NCBI GenBank assembly: GCA_039545335.1
Contig: BCIN01000010.1
Span: 329,804 to 393,803 of the forward strand
Direction: 5' to 3'
Length of the DNA: 64,000 bases
Origin: Kondoa subrosea
Taxonomy: Eukaryota
Below, piece by piece: positions 12,951 to 22,917 of this stretch. A program made the translations under genes and the position numbers. How positions within the stretch are numbered: position 1 is the stretch's first letter; every line of letters starts with the position of its first letter. Under the pieces are notes generated by a model that did no database searches, had not been told where the DNA came from, and saw nothing but the letters and a program-made list of their open reading frames with translations.

Positions 12951-14763
12951 GTGGATATTGTGTACAGTCACTGCAGCCGAAAGGCGAAAGCAAGACGCAT
13001 TGATCCCAAAGGGAAGGCCGAGGATCCAGGCTTGGATAAGGATAAGAATTGGAGCTCGCTCGAGGCGTTCAACCATGATTTGATGCTTAATGGTCATCTA
13101 GCCGTGCGTTGATTGCTCATGCATTGAACGACTGTTTGACGGAAATCGATTTCCTAGGTATAGATCCGTCGTCTCGATATGATTATTGTTGCATGATAAA
13201 AGTTCGCTGAAGGAAGAAACGAAATTCTCCGTTTGGCTCCGCAGGTAGCTGTAGCCGACAACTCGGTACAAGATTAACCTCTCGCTCCGCGTCAATCACC
13301 GCGCCCTATCGGTGCACCCATTCCTGGTCCATTTCGTACATCAATGTGAAACGATGAAACGATATTCTCGATTGTCTTTGCCAGGTCTTGCGGAGCAGTT
13401 CAGCGATGAACATGTCATGTCCAGAGACTATCTTACAGAAACTTGTTTTTGATTTTCTCTGAAACTTGATAGGTTCGGTACGCTTATTGGTCACATCGTC
13501 TAGTGGTCTAGGACAATTGGTTCTGAAACAGAAATCTCCAATAAACTTGGGTTCAAACCCCAATGAGACCTTTTTGCCACCGAGACCGACGTCTTGCAGA
13601 TTATTTTGCACGGAACGCGCTACTTGTTTGAACGGTGCTGCTCGCTGGTCGACCAGCTCGATTTTGTCGTCTGCCTGCGTTGTGTGGCGAACACTCGGCG
13701 ACAACTTACTAATGGGCGAACCAGCAGCTGCAAGGTAGGATCCAAAGTCGAACCGAAAAAGGGCAGATCGTTGGAGGAGCGAAAATCACAGAGGAGGTAA
13801 AAGGATATACATTCAATGCCAGGCCGTTGCGGCGCTGAAGTTGCGGAAAAATCGACGAGAGAGAGAAAGGACAGAACCCTATTGAAACCCTGTCAAATTC
13901 AACCTGCGCGATCTACAGATTGAAGAACTTGTCTCAAGTATCTATATACTGGAATGATTAACGGCACCTTCACTTGGACAGCGCGAGGACCAGAGTTTCC
14001 GCTCTAGTTGCTTCGATTGAAAGGCTTCAGACCTAAAATACGCAAGTATAGCAGATCTCGCCAAGATAGCTCGCGAGGATCGACAGCTGCGGCTGCACTG
14101 CGACTCTACGCGCTTCGCGCTCTGGCCTCAGCTTGCTGCGCAGGGCTTGACCATATGCCAGGTCGCAGCTTGGATTGATTGAGATGGCGCAATAAAGTTT
14201 AGCAAAACGAGATGTTGGCATCAGATGCATATGAAACTCGCATCGATATCGCAATAAGCGTCAGTGGACAGAGCGTGAACGACCGGCGTAGCAACTCAAG
14301 AGACTGTCGTTGCTAGTTGGACACTAGTAACCAAGAAGCGCGGTCAAAAGGAATGCTTGCATTTAAAGCAATGCACTATGATTGCAATTTTGATTTTGAA
14401 ACCTTGTTCAAGTCGGACTCGGACCCAACTTTTTCGGATTTAGCGGACTTACAGAAAATAGCGATCAAAAGTCAGTTGGTCTGACCTAGAGCAGACTCTG
14501 GTAATTTGCAAAAAGCTCAGAAACCCCGAGCATTTCAGCCTTAAATCACAGGATTTCTGTACAAATGTGTAAAATAGTGTTCTTTTGCTTGTAACGCTCA
14601 ATTGCACTATAGAGATACCACACTCATACAATGAATGAAAGTACAGCTTATTCAACGGACGTCCAACTCTATGCAAAGGCATTGAATCAGTTCTCTAACA
14701 TAGCGGTGTATCATCGAGCAGCGATATTCTATGTGTTGCGAACTATATCAGCATCGATGCCTC

Positions 14764-14888
14764 TACAGAGAATGATAGTGCTCTGCGAGATACAGCTCTC
14801 TAAGCTATTGATAGAGAAGAAGAAGTATCTCGCCCTAAAGTTCTCGCCTTGACCTTCAACTCTGACCTCAACCGTCATGCTACTTCAC
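14764..14888 (-). mobile_element. Solo LTR, family B (same family as the copia 5' LTR)
   Basis: Close copy of 19190-19312 (cagagaatgatagtgctct...gtatctcgccctaaagttctc...gtcatgct.cttcac). Flanks CTCTA/CTCTG look like a decayed 5-bp TSD. Confidence 0.75.
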
Positions 14889-15251
14889 CTCTGTAGCCTC
14901 AGAAGATGTAGCAGCACGTACCTGCGGGCATAATTCCTGTAGAAATGATAGAAATCAGAAAGGCAAAGATGAGCCAGTAGACCGAATTCTGAATCTAGAC
15001 TTCGGGAAGCAGAAAAGTAGTAATAAATCGAGTGTGTGACTCACGATGACTAGGAGCCAAGTAGAAGCATAGATTGAAGAGGTCGAGCTAGAATAATTCG
15101 CGACCACACTCGTTGACGTTCAACGTAAAGCTAATCGCAGCTATCCGAACGTATACAAGTTGCACCTGCCTGCCACAAGAGTATCAATCCGGCGCTGTAA
15201 CCAAATTCAGGTGTACTGAGCGCAGTAGAAGCAATATCGCGAAGATCAGAC

Positions 15252-15382
15252 TGATGGAGTCTCCATTCTCCATTAAACTAGTCCATTGGACATGTTAACC
15301 TTATCAGTCACAATTGTATTCCTTTTTGGCGCAAGTCATTGAGGGATTACGAGAGGTGCCTGTGGAACGGCAAGCCCTATCA
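15252..15382 (-). mobile_element. Family A ~142-bp TG..CA element, diverged copy
   Basis: Reverse complement of tgatagggct...ccctcaatgacttgcgccaaaaaggaatacaatt...ccatca; no clear TSD. Confidence 0.8.
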
Positions 15383-15473
15383 CGAAGAAAACCTGAATAT
15401 GATTAATTAGACGAGCTGACTTGCGAAGACACTGTTATACAGAGCAAAAAGCTCATTGATCTATGATAAAGGT

Positions 15474-15604
15474 CGAAAAATAAAATAAACAGAGCTGTTA
15501 GACTGCTCAGACTTGATGAAATAGAAGTATAGGATGAGAAGAAAAGCAGGAAGAAAGAGCATACTCGAGTTTTATGTACAGCTACCAGCCCGGATTAAAA
15601 TCAT
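15474..15604 (-). repeat. Family C LTR-like repeat, partial
   Basis: Diverged reverse complement of 17190-17310 (aaaactcgag...cttcctgcttttctt..catcctatactt...aagtctgag). Confidence 0.7.
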
Positions 15605-16985
15605 CTGACCCTTGCTAGACTTGAAGTTCCGTAGACTTTTTCTTGGCAAGGCTTCGGTAAGAATGTCAGGCAGGGTAGCAATCATATCGGCTGTGGGACG
15701 TGGGACAATGAGTGATGTCCAATTCGCCGACTGCAATTTTTTTCCAGATAAAATGATGATGAATGGCGATGTGTTTGGTGCGGTCGGTCATGCATTCCAG
15801 GATTGTGGTATGAACAGATGTTGCCATAGTTGTCGTTCTTTAGAGGTAGAGGACCAGTGACAGGACGTTGTAAATTTGATAAAAGTAACTTTGTTTTGCC
15901 ATATCCGAGCTTGCCATATATTCTGCTTCGCAAGTAGATTTGGCCACGGTTGGCTGACGCTTTGATTTCCAAGAAACAGTGTCGCCATCAACCTGGCAGA
16001 TATAGCCAGTAGTCGAGCGTCTTGTGTCCAAACATCCAGCATAATCCGCATCCGCATAGCCAAGTACCAAAGGTGCATCAGGATTGTGATCATAGCAGAA
16101 AGAAAAATCCAAAGTGCCTTTGAAGTAGCGAAGAAGGTGTTTGGCTGCCGCTACTTGCTGAGAACCCAACCTGAGTTGTACTGAGAAAGCTTGTTGGCAG
16201 CATAGAGATTTCCATGTAGACTTTCTCTTTGAGAGTAGCATTGAGGAAAGCATTGTTGACATCACATTGATCTGCTTCCAAATCTTCTCGCGCAACGAAA
16301 GAAAGTAGTACTCTTGTTGTATCTCTGTGAGTGACTGGAGCATAGCTTTCGCCATAGTTGACTCCTTCAACCTGACTTCGGCCATCGGCGACAATACGAC
16401 ACTTTCTCTTGACCAATTCGCCTTCAGCATGCAGCTTGTTGTCAAAGAGATATTGAGTGACCTGACGGTAGGTCCTTCCGCAGCAAGAGTTGATCTTGGA
16501 ATTTTGCGGAAAGTATCAGCTTGAATGAGAGCATTTTGTTCTGCTTCTATGGCCAACTTCCACCCACTCCTTCCATATTTGACTGCATCGCGGTGGGTCC
16601 TTGGTTCGGAAAGAGAGACTTCGACATTCAGAGCAATAAGATCTTCATCAGACTCTTCTTCAGCAGATGATGTCAGAGGTATCTGATAGGTCGAGGGTTG
16701 TATGAAGCTGACTTTTGTAGATCAGTGATAACGACTCCCACATGATTTAGTCGTCGAGGTAAATCCAGCTTGAGAACGTTCTTGGTGTCAAGGAGGCGTA
16801 AATGATTCATCCCAGTGCAAGACATCTCGAACGACCACAATTTTGCGACTGTCAGGGCAGTAGACACGATAATAACCCTTGATTCTATCTGGAAATACAA
16901 CGAAAAATCCCAACTTGGCGCGAGGATCCAATTTGCTGACACGCTTGTCCTTGTTGAGGGTATAGTAGACTCTGCTGCCCCCTTC
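15605..16985 (-). pseudogene. Copia pol remnant (SH3-like, RT, RNase H)
   Basis: ORFs 15840-16556 and 16090-16416 carry RT/RNase H motifs in alternating frames, with an internal RT deletion. Confidence 0.9.
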
Positions 16986-16989
16986 ATCT

Positions 16990-17325
16990 GCTTTCCTACG
17001 CGTAATCTACACGTCGCGTCACTTCAACGCGTCACGTTCTTTCCTACACGACCCCACGTCACGTCATTATACGCGTCACGTACTTTACTTCACCAAGCAC
17101 AACGCGATTGGTCAGGACTCATTTCGATATGAACGGTCAGGACTCAATTCAATATCAACGGTTGCCACATCGGGATGTACCGGGTCGTATGATTTCAATC
17201 TGGGCTGGTACTGCACATAAAACTCGAGTTTTCTCTTTCTTCCTGCTTTTCTTCGCATCCTATACTTGTATTCCAACAAGTCTGAGAAGTCTAGCAGCTC
17301 TATTTATCTTAAAGAACGTTCGAAC
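16990..17325 (+). repeat. Family C LTR-like repeat with ACGCGT/TCACGT motif array
   Basis: Homologous to 19560-19960 and 15474-15604. Contains an internal ~45-bp tandem duplication, a GGTCAGGACTCA direct repeat, a TATA-like cataaaa and a CT-rich tract. Confidence 0.7.
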
Positions 17326-18221
17326 TGGGAAGACTTCTTACATGAAACGTATTAGGTATGCGATTCGAAGACGATGGAAAGTGTTATCAACAAAAAACTT
17401 TCTTATCGGTATTCCCAAAACCTTCCTTCAAAGCTTTTCGAGCAGATTAGACAGGATTTGCAGAATCAAGACTGACATCGTACAGAGTGTCATGATCCGA
17501 CTCGATTGAATGCAGATTATAGATTCTCAATGACTGTGTATATTAGGCCTCCTCAATTCTCAAATATTTCCTGCTGAAGGAGACCGCCGGACTATTATTC
17601 TCTCAGAAAACCGTCGAATCTGAGCGGCTTTTCTTCTAGTAGCTGTCCATGAATTGAACAGATTGCACCGAGAAGTATTATTATTTTCTGCTCATCACCA
17701 GCGCACCGTCGTCGTGCTGGCGCCTTCTTGCCCCGATCTTGCGAAACTGACACTTGTGTTGAGCAGCTTTACAAGCAAGAATCCGCGACTCCAGCAGCTG
17801 TACGAGACGCGGCCTCTTCAAACCTGATGAGGGCCTAGGCAATTGCAGAATCAGAGCAAGGTTTCAGCTTCGGAAGGCCTAAGGCTCCTTGTTGTGAGCG
17901 ACCTGCTGAGAATAATGTTCGGGCCTCTTATTATTATTTTTTTCTTTTTGCGTAAGATAACAGACTGGAGTCGAATATAGCCAATCACTCAACCACCCAA
18001 AGAGGAGCAGAACTGTATCACCTGACAATAAACGCCCAAAAAGCTGAATGACCGTAGGGCTAAAACAGTGTTTTATGAAGTGTTGCATGAGCCCCAGTAT
18101 GGCATTGAATCAGTCTGTTAGACATCATGGTTCTGCACATCGCGAGCTCTAAAATTGATGATGAAAAGGCGAGGTGTGATGGAGTTCACAAAAACCTTCA
18201 TGTTTAATAAATTACACCAGT

Positions 18222-18363
18222 TGATAGGGCTGTGCCGTTAACCACAGGCACCTTTCGTGATCCCTCAATGACTTGCGCCAAAAAGGAATACAATTTTAAC
18301 TGATAAGGTTAAAATGTTCAACGGACCAGTGTGTACAAAGAATGATCGTTTGTAAGCCCATCA
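18222..18363 (+). mobile_element. Family A 142-bp TG..CA element truncating copia gag
   Basis: TGATAGGGCT...AGCCCATCA; the gag ORF reads into it. Confidence 0.85.
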
Positions 18364-19123
18364 CAGGTTTGCACAGGTTTGCTACAGCTGAAGAAGATTG
18401 AGAGGAAGTATGTGGAGGAGACAGCTTTAGAGATGGAAAGCGTTTGATAGTGTTACAATCCTCTGTCTTATGGAAATTCGAGCGATGGGAATTCGAGCGA
18501 TGGAATGGACAAGAGAAAGAGGAATCTGGTAAATAAGTCTTGTTTGAAGAAGAAATTGGTCCTTCTTCCGATTGAAATCTTCTTGAAGCTAGGTAGCAGT
18601 AAGTAAGGAGAAAAGAGATGGCATCCATAGTGATGTCCTCCTTACTGGGAATTTCAGGTTGTAGGAAGAAATGATGCCCATTGATCTGATCATACGTTCT
18701 TTTGACCTTGAGCTCCAATGACTTGAGATTTTCCTCTTCAAAGATTTCGATGTTGAGCAATGCGTAAAGATAATTGTATCTCTCTCCAAGAGAGGTTGAG
18801 GCATGTTTGACTTTGATCTTGTTGAATGCTTCTGCTTGGTCTTCAATGTCACGGATTAAGAGCTTGTTGTCGGCGTCAATCATTCGACCGAGTAAAGCCC
18901 TCGCCTTCTCTTGACTATCCTCGAAATCTCTTTTGAGCCTGAGCGTATTATAAGCATCTCCAGCTATCGTATCAGGAGCAGATTTGGTGCCATTGACAAT
19001 CTTCCAGACCTTTTCGATCTGAAACTTTTCTTGCGCATACTCCAACCATTTGTTGTAGTTATTGTAGGAGAGAATGACCTCTGTAGTTGTAGTGAGTGTT
19101 GTAGGCACTGTCACCACCTCCAT
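18364..19123 (-). CDS. Copia gag (UBN2-like) remnant ORF
   Basis: NNYNKWLEY...VWKIVNGTKSAP...KARALLGRMI...AFNKIK; degenerate Zn knuckle CPFH..H..C containing a 15-bp internal duplication. Confidence 0.85.
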
Positions 19124-19189
19124 GCTTGCGAGGAAGCTATTTGAATTGAGAAATAGAGCAAATAGTTAGAGGAGCACAAGGCTCAAACC

Positions 19190-19312
19190 GTCAGAGAATG
19201 ATAGTGCTCTACGAGATACAGCTCTAAGCTATTGCTGGAGAAGAAGAAGTATCTCGCCCTAAAGTTCTCCTTTTCACCTTCCATTTTGACCTCAATTGTC
19301 ATGCTGCTTCAC
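19190..19312 (-). mobile_element. Copia 5' LTR (family B, ~123 bp)
   Basis: Minus strand TGTGAAGC...CATTCTCTGAC is followed directly by GGTTTGAGCC and then gag; second copy at 14764-14888. Confidence 0.75.
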
Positions 19313-19559
19313 ATCCTGTAATCTGAGGCCTAAGGGAGTTGTTATCTCTCTTCTACACATCAAACCCAGGGAGGAGATGAATTTGTCAACATTGTTCCAC
19401 AACTCAGTCAACATCTCCAGCTACATCATATTCGGCGTCTACAGAAAATGCTCGGTCTGGACCAGAAATCACAATCAGACATGGTACGAGAGATCGCACG
19501 CCTTTATGATAACAAGTCCTTCCCCCAATCCTCTTGCTATGCTTAGCTTTATACAACGC

Positions 19560-19960
19560 TACCTAGCAGCTATACGTTGCGTCATCTCAACGTGCCATGT
19601 ACTTTATTTACTTAATCAAGCATAACGCGATTGGTCGATTGTCAATTCGATATGAACGCTCAGGACTCATGTTAATATGGACAGTCAATTGCCACTGCGG
19701 GTCGGGCATGATCCGAAGGCTCATCAAACTCGAGGTCTATGGCAGGGCTGTGTTGTCAACCACAGACACCTTTCGTGATCCCTCAATGACTTACGCCAAA
19801 AAGGAATACAATTTTAATTGGTAAGATTGAAAGGTTTAACGGACCAGTGTGTACAAAGAATGATGGTTTGTAAGCCCATCAGTCTGTCTTTCTTCTGCTT
19901 TTCTTCTCATCCTATACTTGTATACTTTTATTCCAATATGTCTGAAAACTTCGGCAGTTC
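19560..19960 (+). repeat. Family C LTR-like repeat split by a family A insertion
   Basis: aacgcgattggtc..ttcgatatgaacg.tcaggactca on the left and ctgcttttcttctcatcctatacttgta on the right of the A copy, colinear with 17090-17300. Confidence 0.75.
19740..19881 (+). mobile_element. Family A 142-bp element with near-perfect 5-bp TSD
   Basis: Flanks GTCTA / GTCTG. Confidence 0.85.
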
Positions 19961-20089
19961 TGGTTGTCTTGGACTATCAATTGCTTGGACAGTATCAACC
20001 TGATTGAAATTTCTTTGGCGAAGAGGAATCTGTCTTTCAACTCGTCTGTCGGTCTTTATTGAAGGTCTCTTTAGGCCTAATCCTAGAGA

Positions 20090-20495
20090 GCTTTCACCAA
20101 TTGAAAAGCAGGTTTGAAGGTGAAGGTGAATGCTTGTGAGCGAAGGTACAGGCGCAGGGAACAAGAAGAATCAGTGTCTGACCGCTTTGAATTGCAGGAA
20201 AGAATGATGGATGAAGAGCAAGAGCTGTAGGAGCTGCTTGCCTTGTACAAAGTTCTTTGGAAACCCTTTTCCAAAGATGTTCAGTCTACGATTCTATACG
20301 ACCCAGTTCGTGAGCCTTCATCATAAGGACAACCGGTCTCTAAGTAACAGCCTGCTGTCAACCGAGTGAAATTATACACCGAACCGTTGTTGAGAAAGAA
20401 GGAGCGACTCTTGGATTGACACTTGCATTAAAGGAGAGATGAGTGTTGATACCAAGTAGTGACATTGAAAGAGAGTGAGTGAGAGCTATCAAGGG
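20090..20495 (-). mobile_element. Family D relic (probably decayed copia gag region), copy 1
   Basis: Diverged direct repeat of ~21140-21590 (ggtgaaggtgaatg, attgcaggaaagaatgat, gcaagagctgta, acaaccggtct). Confidence 0.55.
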
Positions 20496-20593
20496 CCGCC
20501 TCATTAATTGCAGGCATCTTTCGTGATCCCCAAACGAGTTTCGCCGAAAAAATACATAATTTGGCTAGGGTGCAGAGAGGACGCCAGGAGAAC

Positions 20594-20737
20594 TGATGGA
20601 GCTTACACAAACCATCATTCTTTACTACACTAGTCCGTTGAACATTTTAACCTTATCAGTTAAAATTGTATTCCTTTTTGGCGCAAGTCATTGAGGGATC
20701 ACGAAAGGTGTCTGTGGTCAACGGCACAGCCCTATCA
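20594..20737 (-). mobile_element. Family A 144-bp element with perfect 5-bp TSD
   Basis: AGAAC-[TGATGGAGC...AGCCCTATCA]-AGAAC. Confidence 0.9.
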
Positions 20738-20759
20738 AGAACAACAAACAGACTTATTA

Positions 20760-21800
20760 CCGGTCGATCCGAGAAAGAGAACAAAGTAAAGAAGAGGCGA
20801 GAATGATTATGTCAACAAAAAGAACATCAATTTGCATATTGAGTTCTGACACAAGACAATCTGCAAACCTGGATCCATGCCAGGGAAAAGACAGTAACCA
20901 AGTATAGACAGTTTGTTCATCTTTCGATCTCGTTGGAGCGATTTGTCTAATCCCTTGCGATTTGATGTCCAATATTACCGATTGAGTGATCCAACTGCTC
21001 AAGCACAACCGAAATTGAAGGGAGAGGCAGGCTGCCAGTTGAGAAGCGATGGTACAAATACACCATCACGTGACTTTTGTGAGATCTGAACCAACGACCG
21101 ATGCAAAGTGATGAGTCTCACTAGAACTCTAGAAAGCTTTAACCAGGTTGGACGTGAGTTGGAATGTGAATTTGAGGGTGAAGGTGAATGTGTATCAGGT
21201 GAAGGTGAAGGGACAGAATTCAGAGTCTAACCGCTTTATGATTGCAGGAAAGAATGATAGTTAAAAAGCAAGAGCTGTAAGAGCTCCTTGCTTTGTACAA
21301 AGGAAGTTATAAGGAAGCTTCTTCTGAGAGATGTTGAATCAGATACTGTACTTTTGAGGCCTTGCTCGCGAGCCATCGTGATGAAGACAACCGGTCTTGA
21401 AGAATAAAGCCTGCTATCAATCGAACAGAAGATACTTGTTACACAGAACAACGCTTGGAATGTGTGTGAAATGTTATGTCGAGTTGAAGCAAAGAGAGTA
21501 TTTGTGTAGAGCGAACGAGAAGGAGCTGAATAGCTTGACATGACATCCTGTGGTCAAGAAGGAGTACTTGAGCAGATGTCAAGGGCCAAAGATACGAATT
21601 GGAACAAGACTTAGCTTTGGCAGGAAGGAAAGGCAAGGAGAGTGATCTCTTTAAAAAGAGGTTCGACGTGAAATAAAATAGACGCATGATTTTGAACACC
21701 AAGTCAGCCTCTGAACAACAGGCCAAGTACTAAGAAAAGTATTGAAACAAGGCTTAGCCTTGGCACAAAAGGCATATGATCGCTGATGTATAATATTCGT
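20760..21800 (-). mobile_element. Family D relic (decayed gag-like region), copy 2
   Basis: Homologous to 20090-20495; broken minus-strand frames show only weak gag-like patterns. Confidence 0.5.
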
Positions 21801-22527
21801 GCTGAGCCTGTTTGTCCAAAAGACCTCGTGCAATTTTTAACCTCGATTAAATATCTGTGTACTCATAAAAACTCAACAGAAGGAGATTTGGAATCAAGAT
21901 TAACATTTGTTAAAATAGACCAAGCCAGCGAACCCACAAGGATCCCAGAGCCCGGGAAGCAGATTGTGGTGCAGGGTGGGCGATGGCTTGCCGAGCGTTC
22001 GCCCACTAGCCATCGGATTTACGCTGAAATAGCATGGTTCAACGGTATTCCTTGTCCATTCTTACTGAGAGAAACAGATGCAGCTCGAAGCTGTACTTGG
22101 GTCATACAATCATGATGTAATAAGATCACAACATCTTCTGAAATCTGAACATTCGATGTTACTCATCATTCCTCTTCACTTTGATCGCCAGGACTCAATG
22201 CCTGATTGCAACCCATAGTAGGCTCTCAAATCGTTCGTGATGCTGCTCAGACTCTGAATGTCAAGTACTCGGTGTTGATTGCGCTCCTTGTCCATCTAAT
22301 GTTTTTCCTACCCTATTTTACCATCGCTGCCGACAAAATGCCTTAGTAAGCATTGAATTGATTCGGCTGCTAGCAATCACGTGGTCAGAGCTCGCTCGAT
22401 CGCTTCCGCTAAGCCGATCGAGGAAAAACCTTGAACCATTCTCGTTGGTGGAGTACCTACTTTGATTTCCTAGCTTAACATTACATATCAAAAAAACAAG
22501 ATATACGGCGCTGATATGTCTATAGCT

Positions 22528-22572
22528 CCATGCAGGTCAAGTCGAGCACCATGCAGGGCAAGTCGAGCACCA
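22528..22572. repeat. 21-bp tandem duplication
   Basis: ccatgcagg(t/g)caagtcgagca twice. Confidence 0.85.
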
Positions 22573-22774
22573 CTCAGCCTATTTTTATCGAGATCTTCTG
22601 CTGTTCTGCTCACTAGACTATTTCAAAACTAGCCGCGCTTTCGTACACTGACTTACGATTACTGAATCTCCTTATGGCGATTAATCGTTGCATTTGGACG
22701 CGACGTTGCGGATTTCTCGTATTTGTCCGATTGGTCCTCTGATCAAATACATTAGGGACAGTAAGCTGGTTTGC

Positions 22775-22917
22775 TGATAGGGCTGTGCCGTTAACCACAG
22801 GCAACTATCGTGATACCTCAATGACTTGCGCCAAAAAGGGATACATTCCTAATTGATAAGGTTAAAATGTTTAACGGACTAGTGTAGTGGAGAATGATGG
22901 TTTTGTGAGCTCCGTCA
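22775..22917 (+). mobile_element. Family A 143-bp element
   Basis: TGATAGGGCT...AGCTCCGTCA; flanks TGGTTTGC / TCGTTTGC. Confidence 0.85.

Larger units (their letters stand above)
14729..15456 (-). pseudogene. Relic of an intron-containing membrane-protein gene interrupted by two LTR-like insertions
   Basis: Hydrophobic exon-like pieces (VFFGLIFAILLLL; IYASTWLLVI|IQNSVYWLIFAFLISIISTGIMPA|VRNT*) separated by GTGAGT..TAG and GTACGT..TAG introns; in-frame stops present. Confidence 0.4.
15605..19312 (-). mobile_element. Degenerate Ty1/copia LTR retrotransposon
   Basis: 5' LTR (19190-19312), PBS-like GGTTTGAGCC, gag, integrase-adjacent SH3-like segment (KLDPRAKLGFFV..KGYYRVY..VVVRDV), RT (EPRT..WKLAIEAE, KCRIVADGRSQVEGVNYGESYAPV, QCDVNNAFLN) and RNase H (GYADADYAGCLDTRRSTTGY, VAKSTCEAEY, DILTEAL). 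The IN-RT-RH order is the copia order. Frameshifted and interrupted. Confidence 0.93.

Noticed and set aside
14400..14430. GTTCAAGTC B-box-like motif suggesting a tRNA
   Set aside because: No cloverleaf or A-box can be built around it. I recognised no tRNA or rRNA gene in the window.
17330..18220. Copia integrase core
   Set aside because: The position fits, but I cannot read convincing HHCC or DDE motifs; left uncalled.
18293..18315. Palindrome as a dif/loxP-like recombinase site
   Set aside because: No tyrosine recombinase is visible in the window, and AT-rich 8-bp arms are weak evidence.
14764..19312. One complete copia bounded by the two family B LTRs
   Set aside because: Host-gene-like DNA lies between the RNase H end and the left LTR, no PPT precedes that LTR, and it has its own TSD-like flanks.
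21065..21074. ATCACGTGAC (CDEI-like), plus ATCACGTGG at 22376, as a point centromere
   Set aside because: No AT-rich CDEII or CDEIII follows, point centromeres are specific to Saccharomycetaceae, and such short motifs arise by chance.
15252..22917. Family A repeats as a CRISPR array, satellite or snoRNA cluster
   Set aside because: They are dispersed, in both orientations, ~142 bp long, and carry TG..CA ends and TSDs. There is no repeat-spacer periodicity and the context is eukaryotic.
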